IMG/VR virus record: IMGVR_UViG_3300045125_000064
Coordinates: 1-64,000 of that record
Length of the DNA: 64,000 nt
Direction: 5' to 3' (one strand)
Source of the DNA: a virus
Shown here: positions 1 through 10,790 of the stretch, piece by piece
How the letters are laid out: every line of letters starts with the position of its first letter
Numbering within the stretch: position 1 is the first letter of the stretch
Notes under the pieces: model-generated
What the model was told of the DNA's origin: nothing
Seen by the model: only the letters and a program-made list of their open reading frames with translations
Database searches by the model: none
Made by a program: the position numbers and the translations under genes

Positions 1-122
1 TCCAAGATTCCACCCTCCAAATGATATTCACAATGTTGATCTTGGAAAAAGAAACAATTAGAGGTCAAAAATCTCGCTCAAATGTTAAAAGGTCCCCAAG
101 ATGTTAGAGGCGCATCAAAAAC

Positions 123-308
123 ATGCTTGCAAAAGCTGGTTATATGAGCCCACAGCAAGTTGATGGGAAAATGGGACCAATAACCACAACTGCAATTAAG
201 AAATTTCAATCAGATCATGGTGTAAAACCGAATGGTCAAATGTCTCAAGAAACATGGTATGCATTGGATTCAAGAGCCAATCCTGCAACAACAAAATCAG
301 ACTGCTAA
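123..308 (+). CDS. Peptidoglycan-binding domain (PG_binding_1-like); probably the C-terminal part of a gene starting upstream
   Basis: LAKAGY..VDGKMGPITTTAIKKFQSDHGVKPNGQMSQETWYAL matches the DGxxGxxTxxAIxxFQ..G...T three-helix PG-binding pattern. Confidence 0.8.
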   Translation: MLAKAGYMSPQQVDGKMGPITTTAIKKFQSDHGVKPNGQMSQETWYALDSRANPATTKSDC

Positions 309-705
309 AATGAATCAATCTGTAAGCTCTCCTAAGTTCGTCAGGAAATTCACAATTGCAAAGAGATCCAAACTTGAATCTAAATTCTCCAACAAATAAA
401 ATAGAGCAACCAGTTGACATTAATAGTAAGTTATATGAAAATAAACAATTCTCAAAAGATTATTTAACCCTTCTAAAACAAGAAACAAAAAGAAAATAAC
501 AACAATGTCAAACGAAATTCTTGAAAAATCATTAAAAGCCATGATGCTTGGTGAAATATACAAACCAGGAGTTGATGATTATATTAATTCATTAATTTCA
601 ACATTGGAATCAATCAGACCATCGAACGTTCAGATGCATCAAAGATTGCAATTGCAATTGATCAAGCGAAGAAAGTAAGAAGATATATAAGAAGCATGGA
701 GCAGA

Positions 706-2350
706 ATGAATACTCTATCTCTGTTAACAGAAGGTGGATTGGCAGGACATATATCACATATATATAGAAGATTATTCTTTAACTTTTTCTAGATTTGTTT
801 AAAATCTTGAAAGAAATGGATATCAATTTTAAATCATTAAAAGCAACAGAAAAGATTGATGGTGTTAATCTTTACTTTTTCTGTGAATGAAAATAATGAA
901 ACAGTGTTTGCAAGAAACAAATCACAATTTGAGGCTGGTGGAATCAACATCCATGAGTTTGAAAATTGGCTGGCTGAGAAGTCCACCCCAAAACAGTTCT
1001 CAGAATTGCTTTTAAAGGGGGCAAAATGCCTCTGTGAAGCGAGAAAGGTAGTGGACCCATCCCTTTTCATGTCTGGAAAGCTTTTTGTTGATGTAGAGCT
1101 TTCTGGACCCTCTGCAACCAATGTTGTGCAATATTCAGAGTCTGCAATCTACATTCAAAGAACAGGAGCAAAATTCTTGGAGAACAAGAGGTTCCTCAAC
1201 AATCCATTCAAGCAATTTTTGCAGCTTTTTCAAAGCCAGTGAAAGTCAATGAATTTATTGCGGAAGACCAATCCAATATTGGACCTGGATATTGATACTA
1301 GCAAATATAGACGAAAGCTTTTGACCTTCGATAACCAAGGAGAACTTGAATTCCAATTCAACAATGGAGCAGTTCTTATCTGAGAGACTTCAAACTCTTG
1401 CTGGAAGTGTTCTAAGTGGACAACAATTCAAGATACTTTATATAAGAGAAAGAATAAAGATTTCTTTTCAAGGCTCTCGAACCATTCCAGAGAAATCATA
1501 AATGAATTGACAGATGAATTGACAAGCAAGATTCGTCAGTCTATGGTCCAGATCCTTCTGTTGAAGGCATTGTGTTCGAATACAATGGAAAAGTTTATAA
1601 GCTGACAGGAAGATTTGCAAAAATCAATCAGGAAAACATCAAATTATCAAAGAACAAGCTCCAGATATTTCACCTGGAAAGGTTCACAGCCCTCATGTTA
1701 AAGTTCCAGTTCAGGACCAGTCACGGCACAACTGTGCTATTTCCTGGTGGTTTCAAACCACCACATAGAGGTCACTTCTTGGATGTTATCTTTGGGATTC
1801 TTCACTGAAGAATTCAGAAAAGAAAAACATTTGACATGCAGAGAAAGTATATGTTATAATGTCGGATACCCAACGTGGTGCCTTTGCATGGGGCTGTAAG
1901 TCTGGAACAATCTATCCAAATCTGGAAGATATATCTAAGTATATATGGATTGGCAGATAAAGTCAAGCTGGAAAGTTATGCGACGGTGAGAAGAATCGGG
2001 GGCCACTAAACTATGCTGTCTGATTTCGTTATCAATAAAGAAGGAAGCCCTGACAAAGCTCTAGCTGGTGAGACATATCTTCTTGCAACATCTAAAAAGG
2101 ACACTGGAAGATATGACTTCTTGGAAAAAGTACCTAACTGGCCAAGAAGGCTGGAATATTATATAATCTTCAGACATTGAGCAGAACATTGCAGTTGATG
2201 ATCAAGGCAAACCACTCTCTTCATCTGATTTCCAGAAAGGCCATAAAAAACAAGGATGTGGATTCAATCAAAAATTTCTCCCACAGAGGGTATTAACAAA
2301 CGCAAAATTTATGCTATGATCAAATCCATTCTTGGTGCATTGACCAGGAT
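706..2350 (+). CDS. Fusion of an RNA/DNA-ligase-like nucleotidyltransferase domain and an HxGH cytidylyl/adenylyltransferase domain (frameshifted)
   Basis: Read across frames: LLTEGGLAGHISH; KATEKIDGVN (KxDG motif I, ~840); EGIVFEYNGKVYKLTG (motifs IV/V, ~1563); LFPGGFKPPHRGH (~1737); LSSSDFRKAI (~2215). ORF 1572..1808 bridges both domains in one frame. Confidence 0.6.
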
Positions 2351-2539
2351 GGTCCAAAATGATCAGAGAAAGATGGACAAATAATGGACCACCATGGAAA
2401 AGAAGGACAAGATAGAAAGATCTTTCCAAGAAAGTAATAGACTCATATTATTAATAACATATATTATATAATATTTAATAGATCTTATAGATCTGGTCAA
2501 TTATGTCTGGTATTGATCAATATTCAATTAGAGGAAAGT

Positions 2540-3590
2540 ATGAAAGATGGACAAAGAACAAGAAAAGATATTAAGATCTAGTATAAGAATAAAGATCCAG
2601 AAAGAATTTGAGCTCTGAAAGAGAAAGTAGATCTTAAAGAAACCAAGAAAGAACAGTTCAGAAAATTGGTCAAATCTATGTTGAAGGAGAAGAATGATAC
2701 TCCAGCTCCAAGCATCAACTGGCCTTAATGTCCTTGGTGATCTCTTAAAAAAGATCATTCCAGTTATTGAGACAGATTACAAGCTTTTGACAACTTCAAA
2801 AGAACAAAGAATGTCATATAGAGCACATACCATTAGAGCAATGGTTGACACTCTTCTTCAGATAAAGTTGAATTTGACTCAGTTCAAACAGTAGACAAGA
2901 TTAATAAAGCTGGAACAGGTGAAGCACCATCAGATATTGTTCAACAGGCAAATCCAGAAGATGAATTCCCAACAGAAGGTGGAGCGTTTGGTAATCCAAT
3001 GAATCCTGGAGAGATTGATATGGTCATAAGAGAACAACAAAGGTCTTGAAGTTCCAGGTTCAGAAGATAGAGAAAAACAAGAGCAGCAAGCTCAGAAAAA
3101 ACTTGAGCCAGATCACCCAAAATATATTTCAATTGATAAACCAGAAGTTGAAGGTCCAGAAGATAGAGAAAAAGAGATTTGGAGAATTTTACAATCTCAG
3201 GTCAAGATTTGACTGGAAGAAATATGGCATTGAAATCATGGAAGAAAGTCAAGAAGATTGTTCTTGAAACATATGAGCTTCTTTCTCACCCAACAGACAA
3301 GAGAATGTTCTTTGATTTTCTTGATTACAAACATGAAGCTCTATTTTGACAGATTTGAGGCAGACTTGAATCCTGATGCACAAGAGCCAACAACCAAAGA
3401 ATATGAGACTCACATGAATGCAAGAAGTCAATATAATCCTCAATCCCAGCAACTTTCCGAAGGAAGAGAAAAAGATTATAAGTTCTCAATGCTTCTTAAT
3501 ATTCCAGAGCTTGATAAATATTATTTGAAGAGAAATTTAACAGAACAGATTAAGAGGAAGGTATGGACTTCCATAAAGAAAAGCTAGAAA
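2540..3590 (+). CDS. Hypothetical phage protein (frameshifted; possibly two genes)
   Basis: GAGG SD before ATG 2540; ORF pieces 2694..2894, 3046..3267 and 3258..3587 are contiguous. Confidence 0.45.
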
Positions 3591-3892
3591 ATAAACTTGA
3601 AAAATTTATAGAAGATAAGAACTTGAAAAAGAATTTTGTTATCAAGTTTAATTCTTTATCTTTTGAAGAGATAATTTATCTCAAATTATACTTGATGTTT
3701 CCAAAGATAAGAAAGAAGATGATTAATCTAAATCTTTGGAAATTTCTTCCAATGCTTGTCAGAAGAACATTATATAATATCGTTAATGAACTATATCAGA
3801 CAGATACAGCAAAAGCAAGAATGCTTGGAATTAATAGGTTTCGCTTTAAAAAGTACAAGAAAGGTCAACTTGAGAAGCTGAATAATTTATAA
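3563..3892 (+). CDS. Hypothetical protein, possible C-terminal HTH
   Basis: 109-aa ORF with GAGG SD; C-terminal TAKARMLGINR. Confidence 0.5.
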   Translation: MDFHKEKLENKLEKFIEDKNLKKNFVIKFNSLSFEEIIYLKLYLMFPKIRKKMINLNLWKFLPMLVRRTLYNIVNELYQTDTAKARMLGINRFRFKKYKKGQLEKLNNL

Positions 3893-3893
3893 C

Positions 3894-3922
3894 TTGCACA
3901 CAATGCAAATATGTGGTAGAAT
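3894..3922 (+). promoter_or_regulatory. Sigma70-type promoter (TTGCAC-N17-TAGAAT, extended -10 TG)
   Basis: Intergenic; TTGCAC 3894-3899, 17-nt spacer ending TGG, TAGAAT 3917-3922, directly upstream of clpP. Confidence 0.65.
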
Positions 3923-3972
3923 ATAAAGGGAAGGTGAGCAGAAAGACTGTTTATCAAGCAAACTTTTTCGTA

Positions 3973-4657
3973 ATGAGTATTATGAATGAATTATTTTGGT
4001 GCTAAAAAAGTTCCCTATTCTTTGGGAGAAAAAAGAAAAAAGAAATTCCACAAGATCCACAACAAGAACAACAAATTATTCTTATGTCTGAACCACCAAT
4101 GATGCCACCAATGGCAGAAGGGTTTGAAGTTGAGGACACAACGATTTACTTTTATGGTGAAATTCGAGATGAAAGAATCATGCAATTGTCAAAAACAATT
4201 GACATTCTGGAGTTTCAAATTTTAGCTCACCAGTTAAAGTATCGTCTGAAAGAAGTTCAACCAATTGTCCTTAAGATTAAGTCTCCTGGTGGAGAAATTT
4301 TTGCTGGTCTTGCTGGGTATAATGCAATTAAGAATTGTAGAGTTCCTATCCATATTTATGTTGAAGGGTTTGCAGCTTCTGCTGCTACATTACTTCTGGC
4401 TGCTGGAAAACGCAGAGTTATGAGTAGACACTCATTTCTGATGATCCACCAACTCATCAAGTATGTTATATGGAACGTATGAGGATATGAAGCAAGAGAT
4501 CAAGAATATGGATTTCTTAATGGAACATATGCTTGAAATTTATAAGGAACATACTAGAATTCCAGAAGAGTTGTATCAACAGATTTTGAAGCAAGATGTT
4601 TATCTTGACGCAAAACAATGCCTAGAATATGGTATTATTGATGAAGTCCTTAGTTAA
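3973..4657 (+). CDS. clpP: ATP-dependent Clp protease proteolytic subunit-like (frameshift ~4455; start uncertain)
   Basis: IYFYGEI, IKSPGGEI, EGFAASAATLLL (catalytic Ser), MIHQ (His), DVYLDAKQCLEYGIIDEV. Confidence 0.85.
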
Positions 4658-4661
4658 TTTA

Positions 4662-5336
4662 ATGCAAGACATCCCTTTTGATTTCGACAATCCAGAAGAA
4701 ACAGGAAAATATTCTGCATTTTCTAGATTTATTACTCAATATGACCCAAATAGTCCAAAAGATATTCCCATATTTGTATATGGGACATTGAGAGAAGGTT
4801 TTGGGCTAAATTCAACTCTTAAAGAGTATAAATCTGAATTTGTTGGTTTGTTCAAAACAGAACAAAGATATGTGATGTTTGATACTGGTTCATTTCCAGC
4901 AATTATTCCATATAAAAATGGTGTGAATGTCACTGGTGAGAAATATCTTGTTTCTAAAGAATGCCTTCAAATCCTTGATTTTATTGAAGGTCATCCTGAT
5001 ATGTATATTCGTACATTGATTGATGTTTACAATGAGGAAGATGGTTCAATCGAAACTGCTTTTGTTTATGTATGGAATGACACAATCAAAGCAACAATGA
5101 GGCCCATTGAAAATGGAGATTGGACAGATTATAAAACAAGTCCTTCAAGTAGTAAGAAGGATCCTTACCTAGAATTAGCTAGAAAACACTTGGTAGTTGA
5201 CGACTTCCAAGATTATTTTGGTTCAAAAAATCATGAACAATCTCAGCAAGGTGCTGTTTTTGAATATGATTATTATGATGAAGAAGTCGAGCTATATGAT
5301 CTCGACGATTATGAGGGAAAAAATGAAAGATTTTAG
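4662..5336 (+). CDS. Gamma-glutamylcyclotransferase (AIG2-like) with acidic C-terminal tail
   Basis: IFVYGTLREG, FPAI, VTGEKY, LDFIEGHPDMYIR, AFVYVW, IENGDW. Confidence 0.85.
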   Translation: MQDIPFDFDNPEETGKYSAFSRFITQYDPNSPKDIPIFVYGTLREGFGLNSTLKEYKSEFVGLFKTEQRYVMFDTGSFPAIIPYKNGVNVTGEKYLVSKECLQILDFIEGHPDMYIRTLIDVYNEEDGSIETAFVYVWNDTIKATMRPIENGDWTDYKTSPSSSKKDPYLELARKHLVVDDFQDYFGSKNHEQSQQGAVFEYDYYDEEVELYDLDDYEGKNERF

Positions 5337-5853
5337 TCAGCCTAAGTTTTGTTATTTTCGTGATGGCAATGGCAATGTAATCGCAACAGCATGGAAACTT
5401 CTCTCAAAGAGTGAAGATGGAATTCTGGAAGTCCAATATGGACAATCGGCTTGTCATCCAAATGATCGCTTTGTGAAGAAGGTTGGTAGGGCGAAGGCTC
5501 AAGGTAGACTTGAACAGCGTTTGCTTGCTGGTGTTGAGACGCTAAAGATCAAAGATGATCGCAATTTTGGCGGTCTATATAAGAATGTTGTTGCAGTTCT
5601 TGAAAAAATTGTTTGGCAAGATGCACCAAATTGGTGGAACAAGAATCCACTAACAATCAAACAAGAAGAGACATATGCCAATTATATGAACAGAAATGGT
5701 TATACAATCGTTTCTATTGAGCTATTAAATTCGTTATTAAATTCGTTTGCTCCATTGTTCCAGCCTGGACAATTTGCTTCTCAACCTGGCGAAGAAACTT
5801 GTGGTAATAACTGTGAAAATTGTGACTGTGAATCAGCAACTCTGGGAGAATAA
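5323..5853 (+). CDS. Hypothetical phage protein
   Basis: Intact ORF; GQSACHPNDRFVKKVGRAKAQGR motif; Cys-rich C-terminus. Confidence 0.6.
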   Translation: MKDFSQPKFCYFRDGNGNVIATAWKLLSKSEDGILEVQYGQSACHPNDRFVKKVGRAKAQGRLEQRLLAGVETLKIKDDRNFGGLYKNVVAVLEKIVWQDAPNWWNKNPLTIKQEETYANYMNRNGYTIVSIELLNSLLNSFAPLFQPGQFASQPGEETCGNNCENCDCESATLGE

Positions 5854-6266
5854 ACAAAATGGGAAACTTGACAAGAGCAATCAATGATGCAAGAGTTCGT
5901 GAAAATCTAACTGCTCAAGAATTTTTGAAAAATATCCTGAGTATGTAGAACAACACAAAGATGAGATGTTTGAGGATTGGAACAATAATAATGTTGATAA
6001 TAATCCAGAGTATCATCTATCATACTTTCTAGCTCAAGAGAGAAAAAATGGAAAGCAACGACGTGGTAACAAAGGTCAATAACTGTCCAAAATGTAAGGT
6101 TGAGGGCAAAACTATTGAAGGAAATTCTATGGTTAGATATCATGAGTTTTTAGATAATAGAGGTGCCCCAAAATCTCAACAGATGGTCTGTTAAAAGTGG
6201 TAGAATGTTCACTGAAAAAGCAGTGGATGAAGATGAATAATTTTTAATAAAGGAAAGAATAAAAAT

Positions 6267-6600
6267 ATGATGAAAAAAGTGTATAGTGTGTTTGTAGTGT
6301 GTGTTCTCTTGTTAACAGCCCTTATTGGCTGTAAAAAGGAACCAACATTGGTGTTGGATGATGCAGAACTATCTGTTATCAGTAATGTTGACACCAAATT
6401 CAGTTTCACAACCAGATTCACAAACTGCAACATCTGTCCCTTCAGATGTATCAGAATGTGTTGATGTTTCCCAAACCTCTGTTGATTAATAAACCAACAG
6501 AACACAGTTCGGAAGTAGTTTAAGTAAAACAATTGCCAGTGGTGGCAAGAAATATAGGTTCATATCCTATCTTCCGTCTAATTATAAGGACAATAAAGAG
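6267..6600 (+). CDS. Predicted lipoprotein (frameshifted, end uncertain)
   Basis: MMKKVYSVFVVCVLLLTALIG|CKK: basic N-terminus, hydrophobic core, LIGC lipobox. Confidence 0.6.
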
Positions 6601-6607
6601 TGTTTGA

Positions 6608-7250
6608 ATGGATAATTTACAATCAAATCGCAAAGAAACTTTCAGCGAAAGTCATAGGATTCTTAACTCGCAGGAAGATTTTGATCGTTTTTCTGATCTC
6701 ATTGCTGTTGATGGGCCAATGCCATCGCAATCAAAGAATATTCAAGTGGTTCAAGACACATCGACAGTTCCACCATATAATCAATATCCAGAACTGAGGA
6801 ACGATTTGAAATTTGTTCCAATGCTTTCGCCAGATGAACAGGGCATGGTTAAGGAACAGATCAAAAATCTTCAAAAGTTTGTTATTCCAAAGCTAGAAGA
6901 TCTTCCAGATCCAAGAGATGTAAAAATTTGGGAAGAAAAAATTGTCTAATTATAACAAATATTTTGCTCCATGTGCAGATATTTCGTAAAGACTCTTTAT
7001 GAAAAGAATAAGGCTTATGGTTCTGCTTTTCAAAAGTCTGGGGATATTATGGCCATTCTTTATCCAAATGGAATTAAGCCAGACCAGATGAATGATGCTT
7101 TTAACAGTTGTAAGAATCCTTGATAAACTATTTCGTATAGCCAACTCCAAAGATGCCTTTAATGAGGATCCTTGGTTTGATATTGCTGGGTATGCAATAT
7201 TGAAATATGTTGAAGGGTTAGAATTAAAAAAGAAGGAAAAAGAAACTTAA
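6608..7250 (+). CDS. Protein with C-terminal DUF1599/nucleotide-modification-associated-like helical domain (frameshifted)
   Basis: Across frames after 6990: EKNKAYGSAFQKSG...VRILDKLFRIANSKDAFNEDPWFDIAGYAIL (KNxxYG / DKxxR / D..GY pattern). Confidence 0.6.
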
Positions 7251-8598
7251 TGAAAAAACTTTTGTGTTAGATACCAATGTGTTATTGATAGATGCAGATT
7301 CAATCTTCCATTTTGAAGATAATGATATATTGATTCCTCTGAAAGTTCTGGAAGAAATTGACAGAAAGAAAAGACAGATGGATTCTGTTGGTGCTAATGC
7401 AAGAAAATTTGCCAGAACTTTGGATGAGTTCAGAGAAGTTGGTTCTCTCCAAACTGGTGTTTCTTGTTAGGTGAAGGTAAAGGAAAGATCCTTATCTTCG
7501 ATTCAGATAAATCCTTGCTTCCTGAAGGATTGACAACTTCAGATTCAGATAATCTGATCCTCTCAACATTCCTTAAATTCCAGAAAGAAAATCCATCAGA
7601 AAGAGTTGTTCTTGTTTCTCATGATATTAACTTGAGAGTAAGATGTGATGCTCTTGGTCTGGAATGTCAACCATTTTTTGAGGATAAGGTGGTTGATGAT
7701 GTTTTCTTCAATCTATTCTGGCTTCCAGAAGATTCTGGTTGATCATGAATTGGTTGAAGATGTTTATAATGGCAGAGAAGTTATGTGGGAAGAAGAATGG
7801 GGACAATGTTTTCCTCATCAATTTCTTATGTTAACTTCAAATATGGATAACAAGAAAACTGCAATTGTAAGGTTCATTTCAGAGAACAAACCTCTATTGA
7901 AGATGAGAGATTTCATTAAAGAAGGTGGTTTGCACAATGGTAGAATTAAACCAAAGAATAAAGAACAAAGTTATGCATTAAATCTTTTAATGGATCCAAA
8001 TGTTCACTGTGTTTCTTTGGTTGGCGCAGCAGGTTCAGGCAAAACTCTTTTGGCATTGGCAGCGGCTTTAGAACAATCTGAAATGAAGTCATTCAAAACA
8101 GATGCAAACGCTCCAAAACCACTTTATGATAAAGTGATTACATCCAGACCAGTTATGCCAATGGGTAAAGATATTGGTTTCCTTCCAGGCTCTTTGGAAG
8201 ATAAATGGCTCCTTGGCTTGCACCAATTTCTGATAACTTGGAATTCCTTCTAAAAGAAAGAAAAGAAATCCAATTTTATCAAGAAGCTGGACTTTTGGAA
8301 ATTGAGGCACTGACTTATATCCGAGGAAGAAGCATATCAAATGCTTTCATTATAATTGATGAAGCGCAGAACCTAACACCTCATGAGAGTCAAGACAATT
8401 CTAACAAGAATTGGTAATAATACTAAAATTGTTATAACTGGTGATGTTGAACAAATTGACTCACCATATCTTGATGCAACAACAAATGGTTTGACCTATT
8501 TAGTTGAGAAGTTCAAGGATTCTGAATTGGCTGGTCATGTTTCACTTCAAAAAGGCGAACGTTCAAAATTGGCAACTTTTGCTTCTCGTATATTGTGA
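7250..8598 (+). CDS. phoH: PIN-domain + PhoH ATPase (PhoH2/YlaK-like), frameshifted
   Basis: VLDTNVLL (PIN), [14 protein letters not shown] (Walker A), [37 protein letters not shown]. Confidence 0.93.
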
Positions 8599-8604
8599 TT
8601 TGCT

Positions 8605-9623
8605 ATGTTCTTGATTTCTGAAGAAAATTTTGATAAATCTGGAATATATAAAATATGTAATACCAAAAATGGTCGGTTGTATATTGGTTCTACAAAAAAT
8701 TTCTAAATAGATGGAAGCAACATCTAGGTTTATTAAAAAGAAATAAACACAGCAATAGGTTTTTACAATCTGATTTCAATAAAAGTGATGAAGAAGATTT
8801 TATTTTTGAAATAGTTGAAATATCTAACGAATCTTCGAGAGAAGAAATTCTTTTATTAGAAGAAAAGTATCTTGATAAGTACTTTGATAATGGCAAACAA
8901 TGTTATAATCTTACTCGCAATGCAATTAGTCGAGAAGGTTTCGGTGATAAAGACCCAAATGTATCTACAAAAAAGAGATCTTTGGCTGGAAAAAATTTTG
9001 GAACAACTTCACAGAAGAGCAAAAGGAAAAACATAGGATAGCTGTAAAAACTTCCTTAAATACTCCTGAAAGCAAACAAAAATTAAGAGATAGATGGAAA
9101 AATTCTAGTATAGAATATAAGCAAAAAGTTTCTAAAAACTTTTGGTAAAAATTGTGGTTGGAATAAGGGCATTAAAATGCCAAACATGACTGGAGAAAGG
9201 CATCCTTTTTATGGTAAAAAACATTCCGAAGAAAGTAAGCTCAAAATAAGTGAAACAAAGAAAAAGAACAAAATTCCTCCTTGGAACAAAGGTCTATTGG
9301 GAGTAAAAAGAAGTCCGCTTAAAGAAGAAACAAAACAAAAAATTAGTAAAGCTCATCTTGGAAAAGTTTTGTCGCAAGAAACTAAAGAAAAAATAAGTTT
9401 AAATAGAAAAGGAAAAAACTCTGGCAAAAATAGTAAAAGTAGCAAAATATACGAAAATATACAGCTAGTTTCGCCTGATGGAGAAATATTTCTAAGAATA
9501 GAGTGCTTAACAGATTTTGCTAAAGAACACGGTGTTCCAATGAAAGGCTTATGGAAAGTGATACACAAAAAGCTAAATCCTATAAAGGATGGAAGTTACT
9601 TACATAAACTATTTAGTCTTTGA
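8605..9623 (+). mobile_element. Free-standing GIY-YIG homing endonuclease with NUMOD3 repeats
   Basis: SGIYKICNTKNGRLYIGST at the N-terminus; HPFYGKKHSEESKLKISE, KEETKQKISKAHLGK and SQETKEKIS repeats; upstream phoH is complete. Confidence 0.88.
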
Positions 9624-9637
9624 GGTGATATGAGTTA

Positions 9638-10519
9638 ATGTCCGACAAACAACAATCTCTTCTTCTGGAAAGAATAAAGAGAAGTTCAAAATTGAATATC
9701 AAAGAATCCACAGGGATGCGTGAATCAGATTATTTGATCTGGGGCACCATCCCTGTTTTTGTTTCTGAACCTCATTTTGTTTCTATTGAGCATCATTTTC
9801 CAATTATCAAGCAAGTGATTGAAGAGAATATTCCAAAACAGTTATTTGATGTGGCACAAATAAGACAAATTGTTATTCGTTCTATATCTGGAGTTGTTGA
9901 TGATAGACATTATGACGCATTGATTGAAAATGATATAATATATCTCAAGCCAACAACATCTTCACCAAAATTGTTTGCAGCAAATATTATTCATGAGATT
10001 GGTCATTCGATTCTTAACAAAAACAGGTCAGAACTTATCACAGACCAGTTGAAGCAAGAATATCTTGAGAAGAGACAGAAGTTTATCAATCTCGTAAGAA
10101 TAAACTGGTCAAAGATCTCAACAGAACCATTCCCAGCAGAACAATTAAGAAGAATTAAAGGTTCTTTTATAAGACAACCTTTTTGGGATCATTTCTTTTC
10201 TAAGATGATTGGAAAGGAAAAAGCTGTTCTTTTATCTCAACGATTTCTACCTGATCCATATTGTTTGACTTCTATTGATGAATATTTTTGTGTTGCATTT
10301 CAATATTTTTGGATTGAAAAGTCAACAATTTTGCAAGATATGTGCCCTGCTGCACAGAAAGTAATTGGTTCATTTTCAATGAAAATATATAAATTAAGAA
10401 GCTATATAACAGGTGGAGTCGAAGATCAAGAAATGGATAGGGATTCTATAGAATATTTTAGACAAAAGAAACAAGAGGAAGAAGATTATCCTCATTGGCG
10501 AGGCAATAGTGATACTTAA
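9638..10519 (+). CDS. Putative zinc metallopeptidase (HExxH; MtfA/lethal-factor-like gluzincin)
   Basis: IIHEIGH plus downstream TSIDEYFCVAFQYF...L...CP. Confidence 0.55.
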   Translation: MSDKQQSLLLERIKRSSKLNIKESTGMRESDYLIWGTIPVFVSEPHFVSIEHHFPIIKQVIEENIPKQLFDVAQIRQIVIRSISGVVDDRHYDALIENDIIYLKPTTSSPKLFAANIIHEIGHSILNKNRSELITDQLKQEYLEKRQKFINLVRINWSKISTEPFPAEQLRRIKGSFIRQPFWDHFFSKMIGKEKAVLLSQRFLPDPYCLTSIDEYFCVAFQYFWIEKSTILQDMCPAAQKVIGSFSMKIYKLRSYITGGVEDQEMDRDSIEYFRQKKQEEEDYPHWRGNSDT

Positions 10520-10790
10520 ACAATATTTGACATATCTTCTGTCAGAAGGAAGATTTGAAGAAATCAAACAGTACATAACTGAAGATTTTTATGATACTTT
10601 TGGCATAACGAAAAAAAGCGACAAAGAAGAAAAAAAGCCTGAACAAAAAGTGCAGAAAGATGTAAAATCTCTTAGCTGGGAAGAAATAAAGACTCTTGGA
10701 AAAGAGCTAGGATTAAACCCCAATCAAAAGAAAGAAAAACTTATTGTGCAGATTGAAGAGGCGTTAAATGCAAGAAAAGAAAAAGATTAA
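10509..10790 (+). CDS. Small protein with Rho-N/HeH-like nucleic-acid-binding motif
   Basis: LSWEEIKTLGKELGLNPNQKKEKLIVQIEE. Confidence 0.5.
   Translation: MILKQYLTYLLSEGRFEEIKQYITEDFYDTFGITKKSDKEEKKPEQKVQKDVKSLSWEEIKTLGKELGLNPNQKKEKLIVQIEEALNARKEKD

Noticed and set aside
1831-1860. Perfect TTGACA-N18-TATAAT promoter
   Set aside because: It lies inside the nucleotidyltransferase coding region (AEKVYVIMS) in an indel-prone stretch with no nearby downstream start, so it may be coincidental.
3048-3172. Two-copy ~29-nt repeat (GAAGTT....GT.CAGAAGATAGAGAAAA), CRISPR-like spacing considered
   Set aside because: There are only two imperfect copies, encoding a peptide repeat (EVPGSEDREK/EVEGPEDREK), with no array or cas genes.
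8598-9637. Group I intron hosting the GIY-YIG gene
   Set aside because: phoH ends intact before it, the next gene has its own SD and start, and there is no room for an intron core.
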